A stretch of 64,000 nt of DNA, from NCBI GenBank assembly GCA_905178155.1, contig CAJINV010000014.1, forward strand, positions 2,358,247-2,422,246. The letters run 5' to 3'. The position numbers and the translations under genes were made by a program. Below the pieces are notes generated by a model, which was not told the origin of the DNA, searched no databases, and saw only the letters and a list, made by a program, of their open reading frames with translations. The DNA is from Amoebophrya sp. A120. Lineage: Eukaryota > Protista > Dinoflagellata. Below, piece by piece: positions 61,231-64,000 of the stretch (position 1 is the first letter of the stretch; each line of letters begins with the position of its first letter).

Positions 61231-64000
61231 CTGTAGTGTTTAATCATTTGCTACGATGAATCGAGCTCACTGTCATACAAAAATACTTTCAGCATGCAAC
61301 TCCTCTATGAGAAGCAACTGTAATAATTTTCTATTGTTCCGTCGCAACTTTTTCAATGCCAGCAACGATTAAGAAAATTTCTACACAGTCCAACAGTTCA
61401 ATTTGTACCTTTCCATCTTGCATCTTCAGTGATAGTTCGGCCCCGTCAGCATCTTCATCTTTCGTTTTCAGAGGCGGCGCGGCCTGTTCCGTGTCTAACA
61501 CCGGCGAAGTTTTTCGCTTCAAAGTGGTGGCGGCTTTCTGTTCGGTTTCAGACATTTTCTTTGACCTGTTGACACAACTTTCGAATCCCTGTTGGCGTGA
61601 TTGAATGGCCCACGTAATGTTTTTCCGATGACTTTGAAAATAAGAACGAGAAGCTATTTTTCTATAGTGGGAGGACATTTACATTATGGCTCACATCTTC
61701 AAGTTGTAAAATATGTCGGAACTCCTTTTCTTTATTTTTTCACTCATAAATTTCTATTTTGTGCTCCGCCTGATCGTTGCCAACGTCGAACGAATTTTCA
61801 TCATCGGTGTAAAATTGCGATACATCCTTGGTACTCTTTCGTCGAAAATATCGTCGAGAGTTTCTATTTTTCACTCGCGGACATCGATCCACTAATTCAC
61901 TCGACTTCGAACTAATGTCGACCTTCAATATACCTCACAGCCGTACACTTTCGCACACCCTCACGAACTACATTTCATTCACTCGGGCAGATTCTCTTAT
62001 CCACGCAATTCCTCCGCTGAAGTTCAAGCTGAACACATCGCGCGCCACCCAGAATAGAGCGCAGGCCAATGTCGTGAAGATCGGATCGATTTTGTATACA
62101 TGCAGAAGTTCCTTCCTACCGTGGCGTGTAGTTATCCGATGAAAATTCGTACCGACACGTTTCACATCGAAATGTTCTCAGTCAACAAAGTAAGTGCGTT
62201 GCACCTCTACTGCACCTCCGTGTCCACGGGAATGTCATACGTGGTTTGAAGTTCGCGGTTGAAGAAAAAATTCTTCTCAAGACTCTTCATCTAGCACAAT
62301 ACCGCTCAGATACCTGAGCTCGCTAATGCAAAAAAAAAACCGCTGTGATTTCTATGTTCGATAGGGCGAACTCTAAAATTCTTCTTTTTTCTATAAAAAA
62401 ACACTAAATCCGCACGATGGTATTTCGAATACTTCTACAACACTACAGAAGTCTTCGTCTATCATTCGAATTGTAGAGCAAGTCCCCACTACAATAATGC
62501 ATATACATTTCGTGCACCTGAAATCCTTTACACAGCTACACTCATATCTCGACGGTGGTAGTACATGTCACTGTCGTACACCCATGTCTAGACGAAAAAA
62601 AAAGTATTTCTGTGTGACTTCCTGACGTTTTCTATTCGCCTGATCATACTCAATTCTCATCCTTCATTCTTCCGCCGCCAGCCAAGATATTTTCTGCCTC
62701 TTCAGCGTTCACCATCGGCACGTCCCCACTCGAAGCGCCGGTAGTAGTCGTCGGGGTAGTCGGTAATCCAGAACTAGCCGAACTCGAAGCGCCAGTAGTA
62801 GTCGTCGGCGTAGTCGGAAGCCCAAAACTAGCCGAGCTACCGCTCGGGGACCCGGTGTTCCGACCTAACATCGCTTTTATGCATCGCAACTATTCGAGTG
62901 GCATGATGTCGAAAAATATATGCCTCTCAACCCTGCAAAGGCCGTGCTTCTAAGCACGCTGATCAAAACGGAAAAAGTTGTATCATATTTTTTTTTTTTC
63001 GACATCAGTCAGCCCGAGTAGATCACTATCATAAAGGACAGGCGGGAAACGACACCCGAACTGGCAGGCTGATAATTTTTTTGTATGTTTGAACGCAGGC
63101 TGTCGCACTCATATACCAAGCACGCAAAAGCAGGCAATTACCCTGCAATCCATCACGATTAACTACTTATAGATTTTGAAGAGGTTAGTGCTCCATCATC
63201 ATTGCAGTACCTGCTTCGATTTTTTTTAGGCCGCCAATTTGGCCCGTTCATATCAACAAGAAAATCTTCTCCGCGTCCACAAGTAGAAAAACATTGAAGT
63301 TCGCTTTTCCCGAATGAAAAGTTTGCAGTTCGACATGAAATAAATACAAATCGTTCAACAGCCGAGCGCGAAGGCACATGACAATTCTTGCATGTAAATA
63401 CTCAAGTTGTACAACAAACTCTTCCAGTTGTGGTGTCTTCTGTTTACGAGTCGCGACCCGTGCCCGTGATCGACGCAGCAGTTGGTCCGACCACTTGCAA
63501 CAGATTTGCTTCGACGAGTTCTAAAATCGAAGTCGGAGAATGTTTTCGTGTTGATATCGCGGCATCTTTGTTGACACTCGGAGTACTGATAGAATCCATT
63601 TATGGAATACAAAAACCCCCAAAGTAGAAAACTTCTGAAGCTTATCGCGTCACATTCTAAACTCCGCCGGGTCTAAAAATGACAGGCGTAGCATCACACG
63701 ATTGGCGACTGCTATTCGACGCCGATAAATCTCGAACAGCAAGGCGCCGCCGCAGCACATTCGCAAAGCATGACAAACTCGACTCTGTTTATTGCACGAC
63801 CAGCTACTAGAGTCCGCCTACAAAGAGAATTTGGTATTTTTGTATTGCGTAACTTCTCCGGTTTTCCCAGAAAATTCCACCCCGCATGATCAAACGTGGC
63901 AGTCTCATCAACAACTGGGAGATGTGGTAAATAGGTGATGAGTGACATTGTTACTTACACAAAAGTGATCCGCTCATTTGTCGAAAGGAGCTACTCAAAC

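Overview
Eukaryotic, gene-dense 64-kb window. All well-supported protein genes are on the minus strand: U2SURP/SR140, ribophorin II, a Wee1/Myt1-type kinase, a ~3,600-aa two-TM protein, an SRPK/CMGC-like kinase, monothiol glutaredoxin GRX5 and proteasome subunit Rpn2/PSMD1. The dominant feature is 30 short (109-422 bp) non-autonomous TIR elements in about 11 families, inserted inside coding exons of three genes; one is cut by the window start. Almost all run 5'-TAT...ATA-3', are flanked by a 5-bp target-site duplication (TSD), and carry repeated TTTGT[C/A/G]ATGC motifs. For all 29 complete copies, removing the element plus 5 flanking nt (one TSD copy) restores the reading frame, including conserved Rpn2 and SR140 motifs, and GT-AG borders are generally absent. 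They therefore behave as non-canonical introns ('introners') and occur in both orientations, alongside ordinary GT-AG introns. This architecture matches what is known for the parasitic dinoflagellate Amoebophrya (Syndiniales); the taxon is inferred, not proven. Other features: a ~1.35-kb foldback-like element in a GC-rich island, a second GC-rich island, and from ~55.5 kb a tandem-repeat/duplication block followed by ~6.5 kb of short orphan ORFs that may be the end of a large mobile or viral element.
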